A model generated the notes under the pieces. It saw only the letters and a program-made list of their open reading frames with translations. It was not told where the DNA came from and did no database searches. A stretch of 21,446 nt of DNA, taken from positions 1 through 21,446 of the forward strand of contig JBBDRO010000019.1 of the NCBI GenBank assembly GCA_040905425.1, written 5' to 3'. Shown piece by piece: positions 7,986 to 17,935 of the stretch. Position 1 is the stretch's first letter, and every line of letters starts with the position of its first letter. A program made the position numbers and the translations under genes. Source of the stretch: Gemmatimonadota bacterium (GTDB lineage: Bacteria > Gemmatimonadota > Gemmatimonadetes > Longimicrobiales > RSA9).

Positions 7986-9422
7986 CTACCGCGCCTCGTA
8001 GATCTCGAACGCCCGCGCCATCACCGCCTCCGGATAGCCCGTGCGTGACAGGATGCGGAGTGCGTTCGGCGCCGAGGAGACGCCCGGCCGGATGCTGTAG
8101 TCAAAGCGGACGCCCGCCTCCTCCACCTCCTCGCGGAAATGCCAGGCGGTCCAGCGCTCCCCGAGCAGCTCCGCCAGCTCCACGTCGTGCGTGGCTACCA
8201 GGCAGAGGTGGCCCCCGTGTCCCATGAACGCCAGGACCCCAGCGGAGGCGGCAATGCGTTCGCGGGTGTTGGTGCCGCGAAACAGCTCGTCCAGGATGAA
8301 CAGGTGCGGGCCGCGCTCGGCCGCCGCGGACAGGAGACCGCCCATCACTTCAGCCTCCACCATGAAGTAGCTGCGGCCCTCCAGCAGATCGTCCTGCCGG
8401 TCGATGAAGGTGCGTACCTCCACCAACGGACCCCGCCAGGCACGGGCAGGGCAGGTGGCCAACGCCTGGCCCAGAACCGCCGCCACGCCCATGGCACGCA
8501 GGTACGTGGTCTTGCCCGCCATGTTGGAACCGGTGATGAGCAGCGAGCGGCCCTCCGGCCGAAGGTCATTCGGGACCGCGTCCGCCAGCAGCGGGTGGTA
8601 GACGCCCTCACCCAGGAGCTGCGTGGCATCGAGCCCCCCATCCGTTGGCGCGGCCGACGCTTCGGGCACGCACCAGAAGGGGAGGTCCTCCCGCAGCTCC
8701 GCCACCGCGCAGAACGCGTCCAGGCGGCCCGCCTGTTCGAACACCGCCACCATGGCTTGCCGGTTGCGCCGGATCAGTTCGATGCTGAACACGAAGGCGT
8801 TCACGTCTAGGAGGAAGAGCAGGTTGGCGTAGGCCATCAGCGTATCCGCCAGCTCATTGCCGCCGGCCTCGTGCACCAACGAGCTGGTGAGGCGTCCCAG
8901 CCACCGGAGCGATCGGCAGCGCGTGGCCAGCTCACCCACCGCCGGGTCCTCCGCGAGCAGAGGTACCTCCCCCAGCCGCCGGCCGGCCGCCAGCAGGCCG
9001 CGCAGGGCCGCCAGTGGGGGCAGCAGGTGCTGCACGTTCGGCCCGTAGTAGCCCTGCACAACAATGTTGATGGCCACGATGGGCAGGAGCAGCAGGAAGA
9101 GACGCGGCGCCTCCGCGATGGCCTGGCGTGCGGCGGGCCGCTCCGCCAGGCGCCGCACGCCAGCGTCACGCTCCGCCAACTCGGTCCAATCCCGGGCGGG
9201 GTGACGCAGCAGGTCGTAGAGCACCTGCTGGCCCACACCGCTGGACGCGCGATCGATGCGCGCGAAGACCGCGTCCATGTCCAGGTCCCGCCAGGTGCGC
9301 TCGTCCAGGCTACCCGGGGCGGCCGGGCTCCGGAGACGCGCATACAAGTCAATGTCATCGATCTGGCCGGGGAGGGCCCGGAGTTCGCGGCGTGCGCGCA
9401 GTGCCGCCAGCACACTACGCAC
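7986..9422 (-). CDS. MutS-family ATPase (domain V only, membrane-associated MutS-like paralog)
   Basis: LLITGSNMAGKTTYLR, SYFMVE, LFILDELFRGTN, VATHD and FDYSIRPG are present, plus a hydrophobic stretch LFLLLLPIVAINIVV. There is no mismatch-recognition domain. The start is uncertain; GTG 9422 avoids overlap with the upstream gene. Confidence 0.85.
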   Translation of the reverse strand: MRSVLAALRARRELRALPGQIDDIDLYARLRSPAAPGSLDERTWRDLDMDAVFARIDRASSGVGQQVLYDLLRHPARDWTELAERDAGVRRLAERPAARQAIAEAPRLFLLLLPIVAINIVVQGYYGPNVQHLLPPLAALRGLLAAGRRLGEVPLLAEDPAVGELATRCRSLRWLGRLTSSLVHEAGGNELADTLMAYANLLFLLDVNAFVFSIELIRRNRQAMVAVFEQAGRLDAFCAVAELREDLPFWCVPEASAAPTDGGLDATQLLGEGVYHPLLADAVPNDLRPEGRSLLITGSNMAGKTTYLRAMGVAAVLGQALATCPARAWRGPLVEVRTFIDRQDDLLEGRSYFMVEAEVMGGLLSAAAERGPHLFILDELFRGTNTRERIAASAGVLAFMGHGGHLCLVATHDVELAELLGERWTAWHFREEVEEAGVRFDYSIRPGVSSAPNALRILSRTGYPEAVMARAFEIYEAR

Positions 9423-9498
9423 AATGGGCAGGGCGCGTATAGGTGACAGAAACCCGCGCGGGGGGCTATGCGTGGGACTCACCGCACCAGCGAACGTT

Positions 9499-10446
9499 TC
9501 ACAGCAGCGTCTCCAACGCCGGCCCCAGCTCCGGATAGCGCCACTCGAAGCCGGACTCCTGGAGCTTCCGCGGCACCACGCGCGCGCCGGCCAGGATGAG
9601 CTCGTCCGCCATGTCGCCGGGCGCCAGCCGGGCGGCAAAGGAGGGCAGGCGGAAGAAGGCGGGGCGCTCCAGCGCGTCCGCCAGATGGCGCGTGAACTCG
9701 TCATTCGTGACCGGGTGGGGGGTGGTGACGTTCACGGGGCCGGCCAGCTCGGGGTGCGCGAGCACGTGGCTCATGGCGCGCGGCATGTCCGGCAGCGCGA
9801 TCCACGACACCATCTGGCGGCCGCTGCCGAGCGGACCACCCAGTCCCAGCCGGAAGAGCGGCTTCAGCGTGCCGAGCAGGCCGCCCTCTCCGCTCATGAC
9901 CAGCCCGAAGCGCAGGTTGGCCACCCGGATGCCTGCATCGGTGGCGGGCGCGGCGGCGGCCTCCCAGGCGTCCACCACCCGGGCCAGGAAGCCGCGTCCC
10001 CGCGCGCTGGACTCGTCCACCGGTTCGGCGGGCGGCCGATCACCGTAATAATTGACCCCCGAAGCCGTCAGCAGCACCGCGGGCGGGCGCTCCAGCCCCG
10101 CCAGCGTCTCCGCCAGGAAGGCGGTGCCGGCCACGCGGCTCTCCCGGATGCGGCGCTTCTTGGCATCCGTCCACAGGCCGAAGATGGACTCGCCGGCCAG
10201 GTGCACCACCACGTCCAGGCCCTCCAGCGCCGCGCTCTCGATGGTACGCTCGCGCGGGTGCCAGACCGCCACCCGCTCGCCAATGCCCGCCTCGCTGAAG
10301 GAACGCACCAGGCGCGTGACCTCGTGGCCCTGCTTGCGGAAGTGGTCCAGCACGGCCGTGCCCACCAGCCCGCTCGAACCCGTCACCGCCACGCGCAGGG
10401 GGCGCTCGCCGCCGGATGACTGGCTGCTGCTGGTGGAGGTTCTCAC
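9499..10446 (-). CDS. TIGR01777-family NAD-dependent epimerase/SDR (YfcH-like)
   Basis: VAVTGSSGLVG Rossmann motif, VVHLAGESI, WEAAA, LRFGLVMS, GSGRQMVSWI and GPVNVTTPHPVTN. The start is uncertain. Confidence 0.9.
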   Translation of the reverse strand: MRTSTSSSQSSGGERPLRVAVTGSSGLVGTAVLDHFRKQGHEVTRLVRSFSEAGIGERVAVWHPRERTIESAALEGLDVVVHLAGESIFGLWTDAKKRRIRESRVAGTAFLAETLAGLERPPAVLLTASGVNYYGDRPPAEPVDESSARGRGFLARVVDAWEAAAAPATDAGIRVANLRFGLVMSGEGGLLGTLKPLFRLGLGGPLGSGRQMVSWIALPDMPRAMSHVLAHPELAGPVNVTTPHPVTNDEFTRHLADALERPAFFRLPSFAARLAPGDMADELILAGARVVPRKLQESGFEWRYPELGPALETLL

Positions 10447-10453
10447 GTGCGCG

Positions 10454-11614
<1,161 letters not shown>

Positions 11615-11646
11615 CGGCTGCGTTCCTCGAAGAAGTGTGCGGCTGG

Positions 11647-12564
11647 CTAGCGGCGCGTGCGCGGCGTCCGGCGTGTGCCCTCCGCCCGGCGCACGCCACC
11701 GCGCTCAACCGCCTCGGCCCCCACCGATTCCGCCTCCTGGCAGGTGCGCTCATAGCAGTCCAGCACGTGCCGGACCGCTTCCTCCGGCTCGTCGGTGTGG
11801 AAGAGCAGGTCCAGGTCCCCGGCCATGACCTTGCCGCCACCCAGCATGCGCTCCTTCATCCACCGCACGAGTCCCCCCCAGTAGTCGATGCCGAAGAGCA
11901 CTACCGGGAAGTTGCGCACCTTGCCGGTCTGGATGAGGGTGAGCGATTCGAACAGCTCGTCCATGGTGCCGAAACCCCCGGGGAAGATGATGAACGCCTC
12001 GGCGTACTTCACGAACATGGTCTTACGCACGAAGAAGTAGCGGAAGTTGATGGCCGTGCGCACGTAGGCGTTCATGCCCTGCTCGAAGGGCAGCTCGATG
12101 TTGCAGCCGATGGACTCGCCGCCGCCCTCCACAACGCCCTTGTTCGCCGCCTCCATGATGCCCGGACCGCCGCCCGTGATGACGCCGAAGCCCGCCCCGG
12201 CCAGCAGCCGCCCCGTGCGTTCGGCCGCCTGGTACATGGGGTCCTCGGGGCGCGTGCGGGCACTGCCGAAGATGGTCACGGAGGGGCCCGTGCGCGCCAG
12301 CGTATCGAAACCCTCCACGAACTCCCCCATGATGCGGAAGACGCGCCACGAATCCGAGGTGCCGTCCGTCGTGGGAGGCTGGAGCCACGGGCGCGCCAGC
12401 AAGCGCTCGTCCTCGGTCTCGTCATCCTTCTTGATGTTGTACTCGGGCACCGGCAGCGGCGGCTGCGGCGGTGGCGGGGATGGCGTGCGGGGCTCCCCGT
12501 GGCGCGTGGCGTCCGCCCGCTCGCCCTCGTCCCCGGCCGGTCTGTTCTTGCTGGACTTCATCAC
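11647..12564 (-). CDS. LOG-family (TIGR00730) nucleotide monophosphate phosphoribohydrolase
   Basis: [32 protein letters not shown] and PGGFGTMDE. The start is uncertain because the N-terminus is low-complexity. Confidence 0.9.
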   Translation of the reverse strand: MMKSSKNRPAGDEGERADATRHGEPRTPSPPPPQPPLPVPEYNIKKDDETEDERLLARPWLQPPTTDGTSDSWRVFRIMGEFVEGFDTLARTGPSVTIFGSARTRPEDPMYQAAERTGRLLAGAGFGVITGGGPGIMEAANKGVVEGGGESIGCNIELPFEQGMNAYVRTAINFRYFFVRKTMFVKYAEAFIIFPGGFGTMDELFESLTLIQTGKVRNFPVVLFGIDYWGGLVRWMKERMLGGGKVMAGDLDLLFHTDEPEEAVRHVLDCYERTCQEAESVGAEAVERGGVRRAEGTRRTPRTRR

Positions 12565-12690
12565 TCTTCTCTGCTGGTGAACACGCGGCCCGGCCGCGCG
12601 GTAGCCGCAAGATAGATGCGCCCGCCGCGGCCGTGCCAGCGGAGGCGCCGCATCTGGACGGGACGGCGGGTGCGCTCCTACCTTTCACGC

Positions 12691-13485
12691 ATGAAAAAAT
12701 GTCCTTCCTGCGGCAAGCAATCCGAAGGTGCCTTCTGCTCCGGGTGCGGCACGGCGCTCAAGAACCAGGGCAACTGCCCCTCGTGCGGCGCGCGGCTACC
12801 CGCCGGCGCCCGCTTCTGCACAGGCTGCGGTCAGGCGGTGGCCGGCGCCGGAGCTGGCGCACGAAAGGGCGGCGCTGGCGCGCGCAGTGGCGGCGGCGGC
12901 TCCAACCTGCCCTGGTATCTGCTCGGCGCCGCGGTGGCGGCGCTGGCGCTGCTGCTGGTGATACCTTACCTGCGGGAGAACATGTCTCCCCGGGCGCCGG
13001 GCGGTACCATCACCGGGAGCGTCTCCGGAGCCGCCGGCGGCGGCACGCCCCCGGCGCTGACCGGCTCCCCGCGCGAGCAGGCGGACGCCCTCTTCAACCG
13101 CATCATGTCCGCACGCGAGAGCGGGGACTCCGCGGGCGCCGTCTTCTTCACGCCCATGGCCATCCAGGCCTATGACATGGCCGCGCCGCTGGATGACGAC
13201 GGCCGCTACCACCTGGCGCTCGTGCACAACGTGGCCGGCAATCACGATCAGGCTGTGGCCGTGGCGGAGGAGATCCTGGAGGGCAACCCGAACCACCTGC
13301 TGGCGCTGGCCGCCGCGGCCGAGGCGGAAGCCATCCGCGGTGACATGGAGGCGGCCCGCGCCTACGCCCGCCGCTTCCTGGAGGCGTACCCCACCGAGCG
13401 CGAGCGTCCGCTCCAGGAGTACCTGGACCACGCCAACATCATCCCGGAGTACGAGCGGGAGGCGCGGGCGCTGGTGGAGGGGTGA
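12691..13485 (+). CDS. Double zinc-ribbon / transmembrane / TPR-like protein
   Basis: Four CxxC pairs (CPSC, CSGC, CPSC, CTGC), a Gly-rich linker, the TM segment WYLLGAAVAALALLLVI and a helical TPR-like C-terminus. Confidence 0.8.
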   Translation: MKKCPSCGKQSEGAFCSGCGTALKNQGNCPSCGARLPAGARFCTGCGQAVAGAGAGARKGGAGARSGGGGSNLPWYLLGAAVAALALLLVIPYLRENMSPRAPGGTITGSVSGAAGGGTPPALTGSPREQADALFNRIMSARESGDSAGAVFFTPMAIQAYDMAAPLDDDGRYHLALVHNVAGNHDQAVAVAEEILEGNPNHLLALAAAAEAEAIRGDMEAARAYARRFLEAYPTERERPLQEYLDHANIIPEYEREARALVEG

Positions 13486-13570
13486 CCCACAGGCTGAGCG
13501 GAGCGCACTCGCTGAGGGCTCCGGCTCGCTGAGAGGTAGACGCCAGTCCGGGCAACGGGAGCCCGATCGT

Positions 13571-13990
13571 TCAGGATTCTCGTATTGCGGCCTCCGCCCA
13601 CCCGGCAAATTCCTTCAACTCATTCAGTAGCTCGAGCCCACGGGATAACGGTGCGTGGCGCGCACCGTACTGTGCTTCATCCTTCCGCCTCAGAATCCTG
13701 TTCAGGCGCTTCTGCTGGGCATTCGGCAGGCGGTTTCCAAGCACGTCGCGAAGCGCCTTCACAGCAGCGGCGTGGTCCTTTTGGTCTACGCGCCCTCCGT
13801 AATAGGCGGTGAGAGCGTCGGTGTAGGCAATCGCGGAGTTGACGACATGGGAGATGATCGGGTTCGCGTTGGCGCCTGACTCGGCCCGCATCACCGCCGC
13901 CTCTGCAGCCTCCAGATAGGCGCGGGCGTTGTTGAGGCGCCCACTTGCAAACGGACCGTCTGCCGGCCTGGCGGGTCCAGTCCTTGTCAT
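13571..13990 (-). CDS. HEPN-domain protein (putative toxin)
   Basis: Helical ARAYLEAAE...NSAIAYTDAL...KDHAAAV...RRKDEAQYG pattern. The start overlaps the MNT stop (ATGA). Confidence 0.7.
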   Translation of the reverse strand: MTRTGPARPADGPFASGRLNNARAYLEAAEAAVMRAESGANANPIISHVVNSAIAYTDALTAYYGGRVDQKDHAAAVKALRDVLGNRLPNAQQKRLNRILRRKDEAQYGARHAPLSRGLELLNELKEFAGWAEAAIRES

Positions 13991-14673
13991 GGCCGCTCAG
14001 ATGTCCCCTGGCGATTTTGTTTCCGGCGCATGTGAGCCGCCAGTTGCGCCGGATCCGGCCCGTCAAGCGCAATCGCCTCGCGCGTCACGTTGGTCCACCA
14101 GGAATCTCCAGCGCTCAGTCGAAGGACGTCATCCAGGCTTATGGCAACCACCGACGCACTGAATCCAAGAGTCTCTTCCGATCTTGCTAACCTCTCCCGG
14201 ATTTCGTCGGCGGCTCGATCCACCGCCATATCCCCCCCGGGGATTACAACGGCCACATCGACGTCACTTCCTGGAGTATCCTCCCTGCGGGCTACGCTGC
14301 CATACAGCCAGACCGCCTCCGGTGGCGGATCAGCTCTCGCTGCTGTCCGGATTGCGTCCGCAATCTCCCCGAACCGCTGCGCCTCCACGTGAAAAAGCCC
14401 ATCCAGTACTGCGTAGAGGGGATGTATCCGGCGCGCCCGGTGCGACGGATGGCCGCCAACGCCAACGGACTCAACCACTTCGAGAGCCGCGAGGCCTCGA
14501 AGAATGCGCGTGGTGTGCTGGCGGGAGAGGCCGACGCGCTTCGCGATGGAAGGAGCGCTCAGTTCGCCGCCATGGCGGAACAATTCACGCAGAACCCGCA
14601 CATTCCCCTCGGAGGAGAAGATGGCGCTCAGAGGAAAGCGCAGTGCGCTCTGGCTGGTGCTGGGAGGCGGCAT
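13987..14673 (-). CDS. Winged-HTH plus minimal nucleotidyltransferase (MNT), putative antitoxin
   Basis: N-terminal HTH (LSAPSIAKRVGLSRQHTTRILRGL) and a GS-x10-DxD motif (LYGSVARREDTPGSDVDVAVV). ATG 14673 is preferred because ATG 14712 lies inside the operator palindrome. Confidence 0.85.
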   Translation of the reverse strand: MPPPSTSQSALRFPLSAIFSSEGNVRVLRELFRHGGELSAPSIAKRVGLSRQHTTRILRGLAALEVVESVGVGGHPSHRARRIHPLYAVLDGLFHVEAQRFGEIADAIRTAARADPPPEAVWLYGSVARREDTPGSDVDVAVVIPGGDMAVDRAADEIRERLARSEETLGFSASVVAISLDDVLRLSAGDSWWTNVTREAIALDGPDPAQLAAHMRRKQNRQGTSERP

Positions 14674-14703
14674 GCTTCTAACTTCCTGTCGAACGACCCG
14701 CGG

Positions 14704-14747
14704 AACATGCATAAGACATATGTAGCATACATGTTACCGATAGTCAA
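14704..14747 (-). promoter_or_regulatory. Promoter/operator of the MNT-HEPN operon
   Basis: A -35-like TTGACT at 14747-14742 is followed, after 17 nt, by a weak -10 (TG-C-TACATA). A nested palindrome AACATGCAT-AAG-ACATATGT-AGC-ATACATGTT (14704-14735) overlaps it. Confidence 0.65.
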
Positions 14748-14754
14748 GGGAGCT

Positions 14755-17664
14755 CTACCGCACCGCCCCCGCCGCGCCCGACCGCCGCGGATCCGCCCCC
14801 GCCACCGCCCGTCCGCCGTCGATCGTGACGGCCGCCCCGTAGCCCATGCGTAGCTCGCCCGTGAGGGAGATGCGCCGGAATTCGTGACCCATGGCCTCCA
14901 GCCGGGCCAGCACCTCGGGGTCGAAGCCGTCCTCGATCTGCGCGGCGCCGCGACCACTCGGCAGCATGCGCGGCAACTCCAGCGCCGCCTGCGGGCCCAG
15001 CTCCAGGTCCATGATGCCCACCGCCAGTGCATAGACCGCCGCCGTGATCCACGCATTGCCCGCCGCGCCGATGGCCGCCAGCGGCCGCCGGTCCCTGCCC
15101 GTGCCCTCGAAGAGCAGCGTCGGCGCGATCACGGTCCCCACGCGCGCGTAGGCCAGCCGCGCGTTCGGCGACTCCGGATCGGAGGAGTAGGAGCGCGCCT
15201 TGTCATTGTAGAGGAAGCCGAGCCCCGGAGTGACATAGAAGTTGCCGCCCCAGGTGCCGAGCGTTTGCGTCACGGCCACCATGTTGCCGCGCCCGTCGGC
15301 CACCGCGAAGGCCGTGGTGCCGCTGGCCGGACAGTCCCACGTGTAGATGCCCACCTCACAGCCATCTTCCTCCTCCTCGTAAGCGACGAGGCCACGCACC
15401 TCCGCGGCCGGCGCGGCCGCGTTCGCGGCGTGCGCCGGGCGCGTGGCGCGCGCGCCGGATGCCGGCGCGGGGACGTCGCTTTCAAGATCCCGTGGGGGAT
15501 AGCCCGCGCAGTCGGGGCGCACGCCGTCCGAGGCCCGCTCGGGGTTGAAGCACTCCCAGCGGGCCGCCGCGGTGTCCTTGCTCTCGAAGGGCGAGTAGTC
15601 CACGGGGAAGAGGTCGGGATCGGCCATGCGGCCGCCGGTGGAGGGCGCCAGCCGCCACGCCTCCATGAGCGCATGCACGCTGCGCGCGTCCCCGGTCCAG
15701 GAACGGGGCGCGTTGGTGCGCTCGAGCAGGTTCAGCTTGCCGGTGAGCAGGGCGCCGCCGGTGGTGGGCGGGGCGCTGGCAAAGACGGTGTAGTCACCCC
15801 GGTAGGTGGTCTGCACGGGCCGGCGCTCGCGCGCGATGTAGCGGCGCATGTCCTGCCGGCTGATGGGATTGCCGTGGGCTGCGAGGTCGGCCACGAGGCG
15901 GCGCGCCACCTCACCCTCGTAGAAGGCGCGGCCGCCGTGCTCGGCCACCTGGCGGAGCGTCCAGGCCAGGTCGGGATTGCGCAGCGTGTCACCAGGCTCG
16001 AGGGGGCTACCGTCACGGAAGAACAGAGCGCGGCTGGACGGCCATTCGGCGTAGCGCTCCTGCTCGCGGCGCAGCGTGGTGGTGAACGCCTCGTCCAGTT
16101 CGAAGCCGTCCTGTGCGTAGCGGATGGCCGGGGCCAGCAGATCGGCCCACGCCACGTTGCCGCTGCCGTACCGGCGGAAGGCCAGCTCCATGCCCGCCAC
16201 GGTACCGGGCACGTTGACCAGTGTGGGCCCTTCCAGCTCGTCGGGCAGGCCGGGCTCGGCGCCCGCCGCGGCGCCCGCCGGCACGCGCGTCATGAACTCG
16301 ATGGCGGTGGGCCGCTCCATGTCCTCCAGGTAGAGCACCATCTGTCCGTAGCCGCCCATGCCGCTGGCATCCGGCTCCACCACGCCCAGGGCAAAGGAGA
16401 CGGCAATGGCCGCTTCCACCACGTTGCCCCCGGCGCGGAGCACCTCGAGGCCGGCCGCCGTGGCCAGCGGATGGGCGCTGGAGACAGCCGCGCGGCCCGA
16501 CGCCGCGCGGCGCAGCGGGGGGCGCTCGGCCATCATGCGGTGCAGGACCCGTTCAAAAGCCTGCGTGTCCTCGGCCTCCACGGCGTCCTCGCGGTAGCGC
16601 TGGCCGAGCTGGCGCCAGCGCTCCAGGGCGTCGGCGGGGGCGCGGGTGGCTCCAGCCACGGCGGTGACGTCCGCCGGCGCGGCGGGGCCGCCGGCCGCCC
16701 CAAAATAGGTGGCGGCCACGCGGTGCCAGGCGCGGTCGAAGGCGGCGGCGTTGGCGGCCTGGCGGTCGGAGGTCACGCTGAGGGTCACGACGCGGGGCGG
16801 TGCCGGCGGCGCGGGCGCGGCCACGAAGCGGAGATTGCCGCCATCGTCGCGGAAGGCATCCCCCGCCGCACGATCACCCTGGCGGTCGGGGTCGCCGTTG
16901 TAGCCGCCGCCGCCCGGCGCCGGGTCGGCCACGGCCAGACGGGTCCCGTCGGGCGACCACGCCGGCTCACCTGCCTCGGTGCTGGCCAGCGTCAGGTAGT
17001 TGCCCGCCGCGTCGGTCACGCGGATGCCGTCATTGCCGCTGAAGGCCAGGCGGCCATCGGTGGACCAGGCGGGTGCGGCTGCGTTCTGCTCGGTGTGCAG
17101 GGGGCGCGCGCTGCCGTCTCGGGGACGCACGTGCAGGGTGGCGCTCCGGCCGCGCTCCGCCACGTACGCAATGCGCTGGCCGTCCGGGGAGAAGGCCGGC
17201 GCGCGCTCCGCGCCCGGCTCCGCCGTGAGCTGCCGCGGCGCGCCGCCGGGCGGCAGCAGCCAGAGATCGGCGCCGGCCCCGGAGCCGCGCACGTAGACGA
17301 TGGCGTCGTCGGGTGCCACGCTGGGCTCGGTCTCCGGCTCCGGCGCGCGGGTCATCCGCTCGGGCTCGCCGGAGGTGCCCGTGCGCCACAGGTCCACGCT
17401 GCCCGCGCGGTCGGATGCAAAGACCACCGCGCCGTCGGGCGTCCACGCCGGATCCCGGTCCCAGGCAGGGCCGCGGGTGAGCTGCTCCGCGCGCCCGGGC
17501 AGGCCGTCGGCGCCGGGGTGCAGAATCCACAGGTCCCCGCGCACCGCCACCGCGATGCGGCCGTCCGCCGCGTAGGCCGGCGCGCGTGCCTGGCGGAGGA
17601 TGTCGAAGTCGGCGGGCGCGGTCTGCTGAAACGCGGCCGCCAGGGCCAGTGCGGTGACGAACAT
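14755..17664 (-). CDS. Gamma-glutamyltransferase-family Ntn hydrolase fused to an N-terminal TolB/PD40 beta-propeller
   Basis: PD40 repeats (DPAWTPDG, APAFSPDG, EPAWSPDG) precede the GGT motifs AVSSAHPLATAAG, GGNVVEAAIA, SGMGGYG, VPGTVAG, nucleophile G-TTAFAVADGRGN and ADPRR. A GGAGG RBS precedes a hydrophobic N-terminus. Confidence 0.88.
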   Translation of the reverse strand: MFVTALALAAAFQQTAPADFDILRQARAPAYAADGRIAVAVRGDLWILHPGADGLPGRAEQLTRGPAWDRDPAWTPDGAVVFASDRAGSVDLWRTGTSGEPERMTRAPEPETEPSVAPDDAIVYVRGSGAGADLWLLPPGGAPRQLTAEPGAERAPAFSPDGQRIAYVAERGRSATLHVRPRDGSARPLHTEQNAAAPAWSTDGRLAFSGNDGIRVTDAAGNYLTLASTEAGEPAWSPDGTRLAVADPAPGGGGYNGDPDRQGDRAAGDAFRDDGGNLRFVAAPAPPAPPRVVTLSVTSDRQAANAAAFDRAWHRVAATYFGAAGGPAAPADVTAVAGATRAPADALERWRQLGQRYREDAVEAEDTQAFERVLHRMMAERPPLRRAASGRAAVSSAHPLATAAGLEVLRAGGNVVEAAIAVSFALGVVEPDASGMGGYGQMVLYLEDMERPTAIEFMTRVPAGAAAGAEPGLPDELEGPTLVNVPGTVAGMELAFRRYGSGNVAWADLLAPAIRYAQDGFELDEAFTTTLRREQERYAEWPSSRALFFRDGSPLEPGDTLRNPDLAWTLRQVAEHGGRAFYEGEVARRLVADLAAHGNPISRQDMRRYIARERRPVQTTYRGDYTVFASAPPTTGGALLTGKLNLLERTNAPRSWTGDARSVHALMEAWRLAPSTGGRMADPDLFPVDYSPFESKDTAAARWECFNPERASDGVRPDCAGYPPRDLESDVPAPASGARATRPAHAANAAAPAAEVRGLVAYEEEEDGCEVGIYTWDCPASGTTAFAVADGRGNMVAVTQTLGTWGGNFYVTPGLGFLYNDKARSYSSDPESPNARLAYARVGTVIAPTLLFEGTGRDRRPLAAIGAAGNAWITAAVYALAVGIMDLELGPQAALELPRMLPSGRGAAQIEDGFDPEVLARLEAMGHEFRRISLTGELRMGYGAAVTIDGGRAVAGADPRRSGAAGAVR

Positions 17665-17695
17665 GCCTTACCTCCGGGAGCGTGGCGGTGAGACC

Positions 17696-17865
17696 CCTAG
17701 TGATGTGTCGCAGAAGTCCCGTGTCGCACCGAGGGGCCGGATGCGCCCGGCCAGCTAGGCGCGAGGAGGAGAGCATAGCCGTAGCTATGCCGACGACGAG
17801 CAACGACGCTGGCTGGGATGCAGCCGGTTCCGAATGCAACGTGACTTCTGCGACACATCACTAGG
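17696..17865. mobile_element. MITE-like element with 23-bp perfect terminal inverted repeats including CTAG/TA target
   Basis: CCTAGTGATGTGTCGCAGAAGTC (17696-17718) is the exact reverse complement of 17843-17865. There is an internal hairpin GCATAGC-CGTA-GCTATGC (17773-17790) and no credible ORF. Confidence 0.8.
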
Positions 17866-17935
17866 ATAACCCCGGCCGGCGGCGAGCGGCCAGCGCCCGT
17901 TGGCCAGCGCGGGTTGTGCTGGTAGCTTTCTACCT

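Noticed and set aside
9423..9704. N-terminal extension of the MutS-like ORF
   Set aside because: It overlaps the TIGR01777 gene in another frame and does not look like protein.
13493..13535. Three short GCTGAG repeats downstream of the TPR gene
   Set aside because: They are too short and irregular for a CRISPR array, attC site or terminator.
14380..14396. parS-like CCACGTGAAA core
   Set aside because: It has too many mismatches to TGTTTCACGTGAAACA and lies inside a coding region.
14884..17691. 935-aa plus-strand ORF, and similar long ORFs at 9256-10419, 10052-11650, 11635-12615 and 19653-20555
   Set aside because: These are antisense shadows of real genes, expected in high-GC DNA, and carry no motifs.
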